DNA of 64,000 bases from Mantamonas sphyraenae STR306. Taxonomy: Eukaryota; Protista; CRuMs. The notes beneath the pieces are model-generated. The model ran no database searches. It was not told the origin of the DNA and saw nothing but the letters and a program-made list of their open reading frames with translations. Location: the NCBI GenBank assembly GCA_026936335.1, contig JAPMXV010000032.1, forward strand, positions 186,001-250,000. Reading direction: 5' to 3'. The translations under genes and the position numbers were made by a program. Positions within the stretch are counted from its first letter, which is position 1. The number at the start of each line of letters is the position of its first letter. Positions 1-10,061 of the stretch are shown piece after piece.

Positions 1-53
1 AAGCTTGTAGGGAAAAGGCTCAAAAAACGCTGGCTTGCTCGCGCCCGGCTTAC

Positions 54-685
54 CTCGGTCCACGTATGATTGACGCCCAGCCAGAGCTTCAATAAACACC
101 CACACCAGCGTCACGAGATATACAGTAAGTGCGGAAAAGATGAGCGCGAGATAGGTGACGAAAAACCTGTGGGGGGGAGCAGGAGCCAGGACCAACAGGA
201 AAAATGGGGTGAGCATTTGTTCTGGATGGCAAATCGAGGAGACACAACTCCGGCTGTGGCATGGCGACGGGAGTGGGACGGGAGGATAACGCACCTGTAA
301 TTGTGTGCCCCAATGCAATTGTTTAGCCACTTGCAGTGATGGTCGAAATTGTGGACGCACTTGTCGCATAGCTTGCAATGTTTGCTACTCTTGGCGACGT
401 GTGCCTTGCATATGCGGCAGTACACTTTGTTTGCCTTTTCGACATCTGTGAGCATGTGTCGCTTTGTGATTGCGCGATCGCACGGGTCGATCCGCATGAT
501 GTGCATGGCAGTGAGTGCCGAGAGGAGCCAAAGCACGCCAAAGGCATATCCAAAGTATGCCGCCGAACCAGGGTCCCAGCCGGGCAGAACGGTGACATAG
601 AAGACGGAGCCCAAGACCAGCTGCAGGCCCAAGAAGAGACGACAGGTACTCCCCAAGGTTCACTGCACCCGGTCCGTCGGACCAT
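54..685 (-). CDS. DHHC palmitoyltransferase (ZDHHC1/11-like); 3' part runs off the window start
   Basis: Contains [41 protein letters not shown] (DHHC-CRD). ATG at 685 (MVRRTG..PW). Exon 685-295, intron 294-167, exon 166-54 ([19 protein letters not shown], a TM segment), then a GTAAGC donor. A 1-nt frame break near 628 separates the N-terminus from the rest. Confidence 0.9.
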
Positions 686-736
686 GATGTGTTGGTTGGC
701 GGCGCCAGCGCTGCTGCGGCCAGGAGAATTCTGAAG

Positions 737-2362
737 ATGTCCCGTGCTCCACCCAAGCCCGTGTTTCTGCGTGGCAAGGACACAGATGTGACGGCAGTGT
801 GTTTTGTAAGCGATGAGACGCAGTCACGGTCGCTGCTTGTGTCTGGGTCGGCCACAGGGTGGCTGTCGGTGTGGAATCTTGCACGTCGCCGTGTCTACCA
901 GCGTTTCTGCGCGTATGGAGACGGGGAAACAGACATACACGAGGAAGCAGGCTCCTCCACCTCCACAGCTGTGCAGAGGGACAAGGGATTGGAGGAGGAG
1001 GAGGAGGAGGAGGAGGATGCAGGGATGGCGCAGCCTCACGCTGTGCTGCAACTCGTTCAGTTGGACGCGTCCAGGCTGCTGTCGCAGTGCCGTGACGGCG
1101 TGTTGAGCGTGTGGGACACGCAGAGTATGTGGGACGCGGTACTGAAAGGTGCCAAGGAGCGTGCGCAGTCTCCGAGGTTGCTGCGGCGGCTGCAGGTGCA
1201 CAGCATCAATTTCTGCCGCGTGGCCGTGCGTGTGCTTGCACCAGCATCACGAAAGTGGTCTCAGGCACAAAACAAGGTGTTGGATAACGTGGAGAATGGC
1301 AGAGAGGGTGACCACGATGCACAAACGTCACCAGAGGCTGCGGAAGGAGTTCAAAAGGCAGGCGCCAAGGGATCGGGCATGGGCAAGTCTCTCTTCCAAC
1401 TGGCGGTGGAAGAAGGAGACTTGGAGATGGACGAGGTTGTAGCTGGAGACAAAGACGGTGGGGAGGCAGATCCACCGGCGCAGCAGGTGATTCGGTTTGA
1501 CGACGGGCTGAAGGAGGACGATGCAGAGGATTCATTGTTGTTTGCACACGTGGAGGTTGAACAAATCAGGCAGGAGGGACCGTCGCTGCTTTCCCTGGCG
1601 CTGGGCGAAGTGGATGAGGACGATAGCGTTCGCGGCGGCAATGGCGAGGGCCGCCTGAGGCTGACAAATGGGGCCGATGAGGAAGACGAGACCCTAGTGG
1701 CGTTGGATGGGAGACAGAGGACACTGGTGGCGTGTGCAGACGAGGACATGCAAACTGTGGCCGTTTACGATGTGGACGCGGAGGAAGGGGAGGAGCTGGT
1801 GTGCACCCTGGAGGCACGAGGAGCACAGAGTGGCATGTGCATGTGTGTGGCATTCCATGGGGCAGCACAGCTTGTGGCAGGGTATGAGGACGGATGTGTG
1901 TACATGTGGCGGTTGGAAGCGGGCGGGCGGGGCGTAGCTCCTGCAGGGCAGCTGCGGATGCATAAGGAGCCGGTGATGTGCTTGTGTGTGAGCACAGGAG
2001 AGGCAGCATTGTTGCTCACGGGCTCTGCCGAAGACCATTTGGTGCTGGCTCAGTGGCAAGACGCAGGAGAAGGAGCGGAAGGAGGCGAATGGGGCCTGCT
2101 GGGCCGCACACAGTCGTTGGAACACGCAGGATTCACAGCAATGGCTGTGCGAGGAAGCGATAGTCGTGTGGTGGCCACAGCAGGATGGGACAAGCGTGTG
2201 CGTGTGTACAGCTGGGACGCACAGTTGCGTCCGCTGGCTGTGCTGCGTGGCCACGTAAAGTCGTTGCAGGCTGTGAGCTGGTGTGTGGCCACAGACATGC
2301 TTGCGTCAGGGTCGTCGGACGGGCGTGTGGGTTTGTGGGAGTTGGACTTCAAGCGCAAATGA
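737..2362 (+). CDS. WD40 repeat protein, GNB1L/ASA1-like
   Basis: N-terminal PPKPVFLRG.DTDVTAVCF and C-terminal ATAGWDKRVRVYSW..LRPLAVLRGH and LASGSSDGRVGLW resemble GNB1L/ASA1; acidic insertions; single exon. Confidence 0.75.
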   Translation: MSRAPPKPVFLRGKDTDVTAVCFVSDETQSRSLLVSGSATGWLSVWNLARRRVYQRFCAYGDGETDIHEEAGSSTSTAVQRDKGLEEEEEEEEDAGMAQPHAVLQLVQLDASRLLSQCRDGVLSVWDTQSMWDAVLKGAKERAQSPRLLRRLQVHSINFCRVAVRVLAPASRKWSQAQNKVLDNVENGREGDHDAQTSPEAAEGVQKAGAKGSGMGKSLFQLAVEEGDLEMDEVVAGDKDGGEADPPAQQVIRFDDGLKEDDAEDSLLFAHVEVEQIRQEGPSLLSLALGEVDEDDSVRGGNGEGRLRLTNGADEEDETLVALDGRQRTLVACADEDMQTVAVYDVDAEEGEELVCTLEARGAQSGMCMCVAFHGAAQLVAGYEDGCVYMWRLEAGGRGVAPAGQLRMHKEPVMCLCVSTGEAALLLTGSAEDHLVLAQWQDAGEGAEGGEWGLLGRTQSLEHAGFTAMAVRGSDSRVVATAGWDKRVRVYSWDAQLRPLAVLRGHVKSLQAVSWCVATDMLASGSSDGRVGLWELDFKRK

Positions 2363-2404
2363 AATCATCAGCGCCGTGCGCATCACACCAAACACAGAAT
2401 CGAA

Positions 2405-2815
2405 ATGAGCGAGAGTGAGAGCAACATTGTGGAAGTGGCGACATACGAGGAGTACCAGGAGGTGCTGAAGGATCAGCTGGAGGCGGCAAAAGAGAGCGGA
2501 AAGCACGTGCTTGTGCTGCTGTACGCAGCTTACGAGGCGGAAACGGGCAAGTCGTGGTGTGGAGACTGCCGCATGGCCATGCCAAAGTTGCAGGAGCTGG
2601 CCAAGGCCAACGAAGACAAGTGTGTGATGCTGCAGGTGGACGCCGGCGACCGTAGGGTGTGGCGCTCGGAGGACAACGCGTACCGCACGGACAGCACGTT
2701 GCAGGCGACAGCCGTGCCCACTCTGTATGAGTTTGACACCGATGGGGCCGTCGTCAAGAAGAAGGTGGAGGAGGAGTGCTATGCCGAGGGAATCGAGGAC
2801 TTTTTCGTGTGGTGA
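2405..2815 (+). CDS. TXNDC17: Thioredoxin-domain protein TXNDC17/TRP14-like
   Basis: GKSWCGDCR active site, VDAGDRRVWR...N.YR and AVPTL motifs; 136 aa. Confidence 0.85.
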   Translation: MSESESNIVEVATYEEYQEVLKDQLEAAKESGKHVLVLLYAAYEAETGKSWCGDCRMAMPKLQELAKANEDKCVMLQVDAGDRRVWRSEDNAYRTDSTLQATAVPTLYEFDTDGAVVKKKVEEECYAEGIEDFFVW

Positions 2816-2976
2816 TTGAGTGTGGAGGTCAATGGAGCTTTTTGCCGCAAACATGCACACATGGAGCCATTCGTGCACGCCCATGGGCTTTGGACTGTGT
2901 TTGGCGACATCTTGGTGGGGGTTGTGTGGATGAGGATGCTGTGGCGCCGAGTACGGCAACCTTTTGGTCTTGGAAG

Positions 2977-3928
2977 ATGTCGGAAGTCGAACAAACACCC
3001 ACGGAGGAGACGACGGAGAACACAGAGGTGACAACGACGGAGAGCACGGGCGAGCAAGAGGCTGGCGAGTCGACGGGCGGAGGAAACGGGGAGCAGGGAG
3101 AGGAGGAAGCGAGCAAAGACGATGAGGACGAGGAGCTCGCCCGCCTTCAGGAAAAGGTGAACCAGATGGCAGCAGAGGCGGCTCGTCTGAACGACATGGC
3201 AAGCAGCAACACAGGAAGCAGCAGCAGCGCAGACGCAGGTGCGTGTGGGGTCGAGTGGAAGGCATGGGTGTGAGCGTGGGCGGACGGCAAAGCAGCCGCA
3301 TGTTCGGAGCGAGGAGGTGAGTGGACACTGACACAGAGGAGGCGGTGTGTATGCAGAGGGGACACCTGTGAACAGCGAAGAGGTGGATGCACGCTCTGTT
3401 TTTGTGAAGAACGTGGACTTCCAGGCATCTGCAGACGAGCTGCAGGAGCACTTTGCCAAGTGCGGGACCATCAACAGGGTGACGATCCTGACGAACCCAT
3501 ACACGGGCAAGGGCAAGGGGTAAGTTGCACCCAAAAGGGTACACGCAGGACCAGAGGGTTCTGCGTGGCGACGGGACGGAGGGTGGTGTGCACAGGGGCA
3601 GGTCATGGAGCAGAGACGTGGCCGACGTGTGCGCGCGCTCTTTCGCTCAATTTCCGGCTGCCGGAGGCTGACACGATGGCGGGACGCACTGTACACACCC
3701 ACGTACACACACAGCATCGCATACATCGAGTTTAACGACAAGGATTCGCTGACAAACGCCCTGATTTTGAACGAGAGCATGTTCAAGGGCAGGCCACTGA
3801 CGGTGCTTCCGAAGCGCACGAATCTGCCTGGCCGTGGCCGAGGACGAGGCCGTGGACGGGGCAGGGGCCGTGGACGTGGCCGGGGCCGTGGGTATTATGG
3901 CGGCTATCGTGGCTATGCGCCGTATTGA
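2977..3928 (+). CDS. PABPN1: Nuclear poly(A)-binding protein 2
   Basis: Exons 2977-3238, 3357-3519 and 3715-3928 give an acidic N-terminus, a coiled coil, an RRM ([14 protein letters not shown]...KGIAYIEF), KRTNLPG and an RG-repeat tail ending RGYAPY. Confidence 0.93.
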
Positions 3929-3988
3929 GGAGTGGGAGGGCAAATTTTCCGAATGAAATGCTTTTGTTGTCCAGAAACCACGGTTCCA

Positions 3989-5971
3989 TCACGAGTACAG
4001 GACATCGTCCCACGGGTGGCGATACAGCGGCTGCTTGAGTCGTTTCTGATCCAGGGCATGGCCGAGGAAACCGATGGAGCGTCCAAGGCAAAACACGCCG
4101 TTGAGGTAGCCAATGTCAAGCACCTCGTCAATCTCCTCCTCGGAAAAGGAGGCGCAGCTGGACATGAGGTCGATAAACAGGGTGGCCAGGCAGCCATCGA
4201 CGTTGAGGACGAGGTTGTTGGCCTTCTTGAGCGTCTCAGCCTCCACAGCGAGGGCGTAACGCAGGTGGGACGTGTCGTCAAACTCACGCTCGGCATACTC
4301 CTGCATGAGCTGCACACGCTTGTCGCGGTTGTCTGCGCTCTTGATGCGGTGACCAATGCCTGGGATGCGGATGCCCTTCTTCTTCATCTCAGCCACGAAT
4401 TGGTACGGCTCGAGACCGCGCACATAGGCGGAGCGGAAGTAGCGTGCAGCATCATCGATGGCACCACCAAAGCGAGGTCCAATGGTCAACAGACCCGAAC
4501 ACAGACAGGACACGAGATCCTTGCCTGCGCGGGCGGCGACAATGGCGGAGTGAGCGCCGGACACGCAGGGGCCGTGGTCTGCCACGAGGATGAGTGCCAT
4601 TTCGATGAAGCGGGTGGCGTAGCGCGGCAGGCGGCGCTTGAACCAGAGGAGAGCGACGACGTCGCCGACACTCATGTTCTCTGTGATCACGGAGCTGATG
4701 GGCACCCCTGCGTACGTGGGCTCCTCGCCACGATCGTCGCAAATGGTGGACACAATGCCGGTCGCACGTCGAATGAGACCCTGCTTCTGCATGCCCTCGT
4801 AGTTCTCTGGCAGGGGGCGAGGCAGGGGCTCGTCGATGTCCTCGAGCGCGGGCACTTCACCCTTGGCCACGAGTTGCTGGTACACATCCTCAATGAGCTG
4901 GGGAAAGTCCTGGAAGGACTTGGGCACGTGGCAGCCTGCGTTTGCCAGGGCCTTGTTCTTGGCGTCGGCCGAGGTGAGTTCGCTGCCAGACTTTGCACCG
5001 GCGTGGCCAAACTGCACCTCGGTGGTGAACATCTTTGCACACGTGCCGGTGACCCACACACACACGGGCTTGGTGATGCGTCCGTCCTTGACAGCCTCGG
5101 CAATGGCATACTCGGCCACGCCGCCGAGCTCGCCCAGGACCACAATCATCTTGATCTCGTCGATGTTCTGGTAGCGCAGACAGTGGTCCACAAACCCACT
5201 GCCGGGGTTCACGTCGCCACCAATGGCCACTCCTTGGAAGATGCCGTTGGTGCGTTGCGACAGGATGTTGTACATCTCGTTTGACAGGCCTCCGCTTTTG
5301 CTCACAAAGCCCACGGAGCCCGGACGGTACAGCTTGCTGGCAATCACGTTCTCAATCGTGCCTGCTGTGTCTGCGCACTTGAATGCACCCGCTTGGATGA
5401 AGCCCACCTGTGTGTGTGTGTTTGTGTGTGTGTGTGCCGCGACGTCTGCGTGTCAGCAGCTGCTGCGTGGTGGGAAGGAACAATCGCGTGGAAGCCAAAA
5501 ACTCACAGTCGCCGGGCCGATAATCAGCTTGCCGTTGCGACGAGCGAGGGCATTGAGCCTGCGCATCTGGCGCTCGGGGACACCCTCGGCCACAATGACA
5601 ATGGTGTTGAAGGTGTCTGTGTTGAGGGCCTCCAGGGTGCTCTGGTAGACGGAGCGGAAGCTGGCAAAGTTGACAAAGACGTCTGCGTCGGCGTGCTCAT
5701 CGGCAGCCTCTTGGATGTTGCTGTAGATGGGCAGGAACATCTCCTGGGGTCCGAAGAAGGACTTGTGAAGACCCTTTGAGGAGCCTGGGGTGATGAGGGC
5801 GGCCACACTGGGCACGTCTCGGCCACAAATCCAGTCAAAGTCGAGCATGCGAGCGACAGGCTTCGGCTTGGCGTTGTAAAACACACACTTGGTCTCGCGC
5901 GTGAACGAGGGCACGTGTGCCTGCACCTCTGTGCTGCTGCTGCTGCTGCTGCTACTGCTACTGCTGCTCAT
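3989..5971 (-). CDS. ACLB: ATP-citrate lyase large subunit (SCS-alpha-like + citryl-CoA lyase domains; ACLB type)
   Basis: Exons 5971-5507 and 5407-3989 join as IIGPAT|VG. Motifs VSKSGGLSNE, QFGHAGA (phospho-His), ADHGPCVSGAH, IPGIGHRIKS and YRHPWDDVLY. Confidence 0.96.
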
Positions 5972-6282
5972 GGCCTGTCTCTACTCGCGAAGGGTATCGA
6001 AAAAGAGTTGGCTGCGTCGGCGCCCTTGTCGTTTCAGACGTTTTTCAGTCCGGCCGCAGGCAATCGTTCGAGAAGTTCTCGGCCCAGGCTCAACGTCTCG
6101 AAGCAATGCCGAGCACACAACAATGCCTCGAGAGATGCTGTGTACATAGGGGCGAGCCGCGATTGCGCGAGAGCAACCATCTTGGCACCACAAGCCGACA
6201 TTGAAAGAAAAAAAACTTCCACGGCGCCTGCGAGGACCGAGCCACCCCAAGAAACCCACACTCCAAAGAAACCGGAACAGCC

Positions 6283-7662
6283 ATGGCCCGCAAGAAGATC
6301 TACGAAGTGGATGCCAAGCGCCTGGTGGCGCAGTTTATCAAGCGCTACACCAAGTTGCAGTTCATCAAGCCGACGGCGCAGGTGAATGACGAGGCGCAAG
6401 ACCTTTCGAGGATGGCGCAGCATGACGCGGAGTACACCTGGCTGGGCGAGCAGCCTCTGGTGGCCAAGCCGGACATTCTGATTGGCCAGCGCGGCAAGCA
6501 CGGCCTGGTGCTGCTCAAGGCCACGCCGAGCGAAGCGCAGGCATGGATTGATGAGCGCCTGGGCAAGGATTTGGACATCAACGGTGTGGTGGGACGTCAG
6601 GACAATTTCCTCGTCGAGCCTTTCTGCCCGCACAAGGAAGAGTACTACCTCTCCTTCCTGTCCGAGCCCGAGTACACCACAGTCAACTTTAGCACCAACG
6701 GTGGCGTGGAGGTGGAGGACAACTGGGACACCATGGCCGTGATTCAGATCCCTGTCGGCTCGACCATTGCGTGCGACACCCTTCTCACGCAGGACGAGCA
6801 GCCCAACGAGCTGGACCTGCCTCTGGAGTACGTGGACATCACAGAAGACCTCACCAAGGCAGGCGTGCCGGAAGACAAGATGGCCATCACGCTGGAGGTG
6901 ATTGCCTCCTGCTTCCGCGTGTTTGAAGACCTGGATTTTGTGCAGCTGGAGATGAACCCGTTTGTGTTTGACCACGAGGGTGTCCCTTGGGCCTTGGACA
7001 TGGTGGCCGAGGTGGATGACACCGCCCTCTTCCTGCAGACGCGCAACTGGGGCGACCTGCGCTTCCCGCAGCCCTTTGGCCTCTTTGAGTCCGACGAGGA
7101 GGAGTACATCAGCAGCCTGGACGAAAAGACAGGTGCTTCCCTCAAGCTCACTGTCCTCAACCCTCACGGCCACATCTGGAGCCTGGTGGCAGGCGGCGGT
7201 GCTTCCGTCGTCTTTGCCGACACCGTCTCCGATCTGGGCTATGGCGAGCAGTTGGGCAACTACGGCGAGTACAGCGGCGCACCCAACGAGGAGGAGACCT
7301 ACAATTACACCAAAACAGTGCTCTCCCTGGCGTGCGCCAACAACGACGGCGGCAACAAAGCGCTGCTCATCGGCGGTGGCATTGCCAACTTTACCGATGT
7401 GGCCAAGACCTTCAAGGGCATTGTGCATGCCCTCAAGGAGTACAAGACGCAGCTGGCGGAGAACAACATGCGCATCTTTGTGCGTCGCGCAGGCCCCAAC
7501 TACGTCCAAGGCATGAAGATCATGCAGGACACTTGCAAGGAGATCGGCATTCCGGCCATCATCTACGGCAAGGAGGTGCCCATGACCAGCATCATCCCCG
7601 AGGCCATCGAGTGGATTGAGTCCAACACCGGTAGCAGCGGCAGCAGCACAGCCAAGCTCTGA
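6283..7662 (+). CDS. ACLA: ATP-citrate lyase small subunit (ATP-grasp + citrate-binding; ACLA type)
   Basis: MARKKIYEVDAK, LVAKPD.LIGQRGK.GLV, ASLKLTVLNP.G, AGGGASVVFADTV, NYGEYSGAP and IGGGIANFTDVA; single exon. Confidence 0.96.
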   Translation: MARKKIYEVDAKRLVAQFIKRYTKLQFIKPTAQVNDEAQDLSRMAQHDAEYTWLGEQPLVAKPDILIGQRGKHGLVLLKATPSEAQAWIDERLGKDLDINGVVGRQDNFLVEPFCPHKEEYYLSFLSEPEYTTVNFSTNGGVEVEDNWDTMAVIQIPVGSTIACDTLLTQDEQPNELDLPLEYVDITEDLTKAGVPEDKMAITLEVIASCFRVFEDLDFVQLEMNPFVFDHEGVPWALDMVAEVDDTALFLQTRNWGDLRFPQPFGLFESDEEEYISSLDEKTGASLKLTVLNPHGHIWSLVAGGGASVVFADTVSDLGYGEQLGNYGEYSGAPNEEETYNYTKTVLSLACANNDGGNKALLIGGGIANFTDVAKTFKGIVHALKEYKTQLAENNMRIFVRRAGPNYVQGMKIMQDTCKEIGIPAIIYGKEVPMTSIIPEAIEWIESNTGSSGSSTAKL

Positions 7663-7718
7663 GCCACAATGAATTGTTTTCTGAAGTCCACAACGCCTTC
7701 ATTGCCCTTCAATCCCTC

Positions 7719-8508
7719 TCAAAACAGGCCCAACACCTCCCCATCCTCGTCAATGTCGATGTTGAGATACGCAGGCAGCGTGGGCAGACCAGGCAGCGTG
7801 CGAATGGCTCCGCAAAGCGGGACGAGGAATCCGGCACCGGCAGACAAGCGTACCTCCTGGATGGGAAACACAAAGCCGGTGGGGCGGCCTTTGAGCTGGG
7901 GGTCGTGCGACAGACTCAGATGCGTCTTGGCAATACACACAGGCAGCTGGCCAAAGCCCTGCTCTGTGAACAACGCAATTTGCTCCTGAGCCTGCTCACT
8001 GTACTCCACAGTCGCGGCCCCATAGATCTCGCTGGCCAGTGTGTCGATCTTTGTGGTAATGTCGCTGTCCAGATCGTACAAGAACTTGAAGTTCTGTGCC
8101 TCTGTGTTTTCACACTGTTCAATCACACTCTGGGCCAGCTCCACCGCGCCTGCGCCTCCCTTGGCCCAGTGGTTGGCCACCTGCACGTCACTTGCTCCTG
8201 CTTCCAGTGCAATTTGCTTCACCAGATCCAGCTCCGCCTCGGTGTCCGACGTAAACTGGTTCACAGCCACCACCACGGGCACGCCGTACTTCACCGCGTT
8301 TTCCACATGCGCAGCAAGATTGCTTCGGCACCCTGCCTCCAGCAGTTCCAGGTTTTCTTGCGTGTACGCTTCGTCCAGCGGCTTGCCCGGAGTCACACTG
8401 GGCGCGCCGCCGTGCATCTTCATCGCACGCACAGTGCACACGAGCACGACGCAGTTCGGCTGCAGACCCGACGTACGGCATTTCAAGTTGCAAAACTTTT
8501 CCAGACCC

Positions 8509-8545
<37 letters not shown>

Positions 8546-9872
8546 TGTCAGCTGAGCCGTATGTACCACGCCCCGTTGTGTCTCACTTACCGTCCGAACC
8601 AAAGCCGCACTCGGTCACCACAAAGCCGTCCTTGCCGACCAGCTTCAGGCCAACCTTGTCTGCCAGAATGGACGAGTTGCCCACCGCAATGTTGGCAAAC
8701 GGACCGGCATGCACAAGCGCAGGCGACCCTTCCAACGTCTGCATCAGCGTGGGCTTGATCGCGTCCTTCATCAGCACCGTGATGGCACCCGTGACGCCGA
8801 GGTCGTTGCACGTCACGGGTTGGCCCTGTTTGTCGCTGGCCACCACCATCTTGCCCAATCGCGTGCGCATGTCTGCCAGAGACGTCGTCAGAGCCAAGCA
8901 TGCCATGATCTCGCTCGCCACCGTGATATCAAAGCCCGCTGTCATGCATCATGGAAAGCAGGCGCGCATGGCACGTGCAAACACCCGGGTAAGATGAGCA
9001 TCCGTGTGTGAGCATAGTGTATGTGTGTGGTGTGGGTCAGTGTGTGTCCTCACGTGTCGTCCAGGTGTGAAAAAGCACGGAAAACTGGCTGGGGGTCACT
9101 CACTCTTGCGTTCCATGCCCTTCTCCGTGGACGACTGGCCCACAGTGACCTCGCGCAGGAAGCGGTCGTTGCAATCCACCACGCGACGCCACGAAATGCG
9201 CTCCGGATCGATGTCCAAGCGTACAAAAGCAGCGATCTCCTCCTCGGTCCATGTGTCCGGCGTTTTGTCAGCCAGGCCCAGCTTCTCCAGACGCGGGGCA
9301 AACCCACGTGCCAGCTGCGGCATGCCGTTCTTGTCTTTGGGACACAGACGACGGAACAGCGCCTCGTTGCTCTGCGTGGCTTCGTGGAACACGCGTGTGT
9401 CGATGGCCGCCGCGACCAGGTTGTGTGCTGCCTGGATGGCGTGGATGTCGCCTGTGCTGTGCAGGTTAAAGTCCACCATAGGAGCCAGCTGTGCATATCC
9501 ACCTCCAGCTGCTCCTCCCTTGATGCCAAACGTGGGGCCCTGTGACGGCTGACGCACCGCACAGATGGTCTGCCGCTCCAGATGCGCCGCCAGGGCCTGT
9601 GCCAGTCCCACCGTCGTCGTGCTCTTGCCCTCTCCCAGTGGTGTCGGTGTGATTCCTGTCACCACCACATACTTGCCACTCTCCGACGTCTCCAGCCGGT
9701 CCAGCACGTCCAGGCTCACTTTCGCCTTGTACTTGCCGTACAGCTCCAACTCGTCCTCCTCCAGACCCAACCCTGCCGCAATCTCGGTGATTGGCAGCGG
9801 ATCGACGCTCTTTGCAATCTCCAGGTCGCTCGGGACCTTTTCTTGGATGTTGGTCAGCTTGCGTGCAGACAT
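7719..9872 (-). CDS. FTHFS: Formate--tetrahydrofolate ligase (monofunctional FTHFS)
   Basis: Exons 9872-9104, 8938-8591 and 8509-7719. Motifs [53 protein letters not shown] and GFGSDVGLEKF. Confidence 0.96.
8511..8543. repeat. (TG/CA)n microsatellite forming the 3' end of an FTHFS intron
   Basis: Uninterrupted TG run on the + strand reads (CA)nG on the coding strand, directly at the acceptor. Confidence 0.9.
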
Positions 9873-10061
9873 GGCTGTGTGCCGGGGTTGGTTTCGTTCA
9901 GGTGCCTCGACGAGCGCTTGCATGGACCATCCATTCCATCCTTGCATCCTCCTTCCCCCGCTTTGCCCTTCCCCCTCAAAGGACGTGTGGTATCTGCTCT
10001 CGTATCGACCTGCGAGGCATGCGCACACGGATCCATCGCAAACTTCCGTCTCGGCCGCACC

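Noticed and set aside
2813-2815. TXNDC17 TGA as selenocysteine or read-through
   Set aside because: The protein is already of normal length with a complete CxxC; no SECIS recognised; TGA is an ordinary stop throughout the window.
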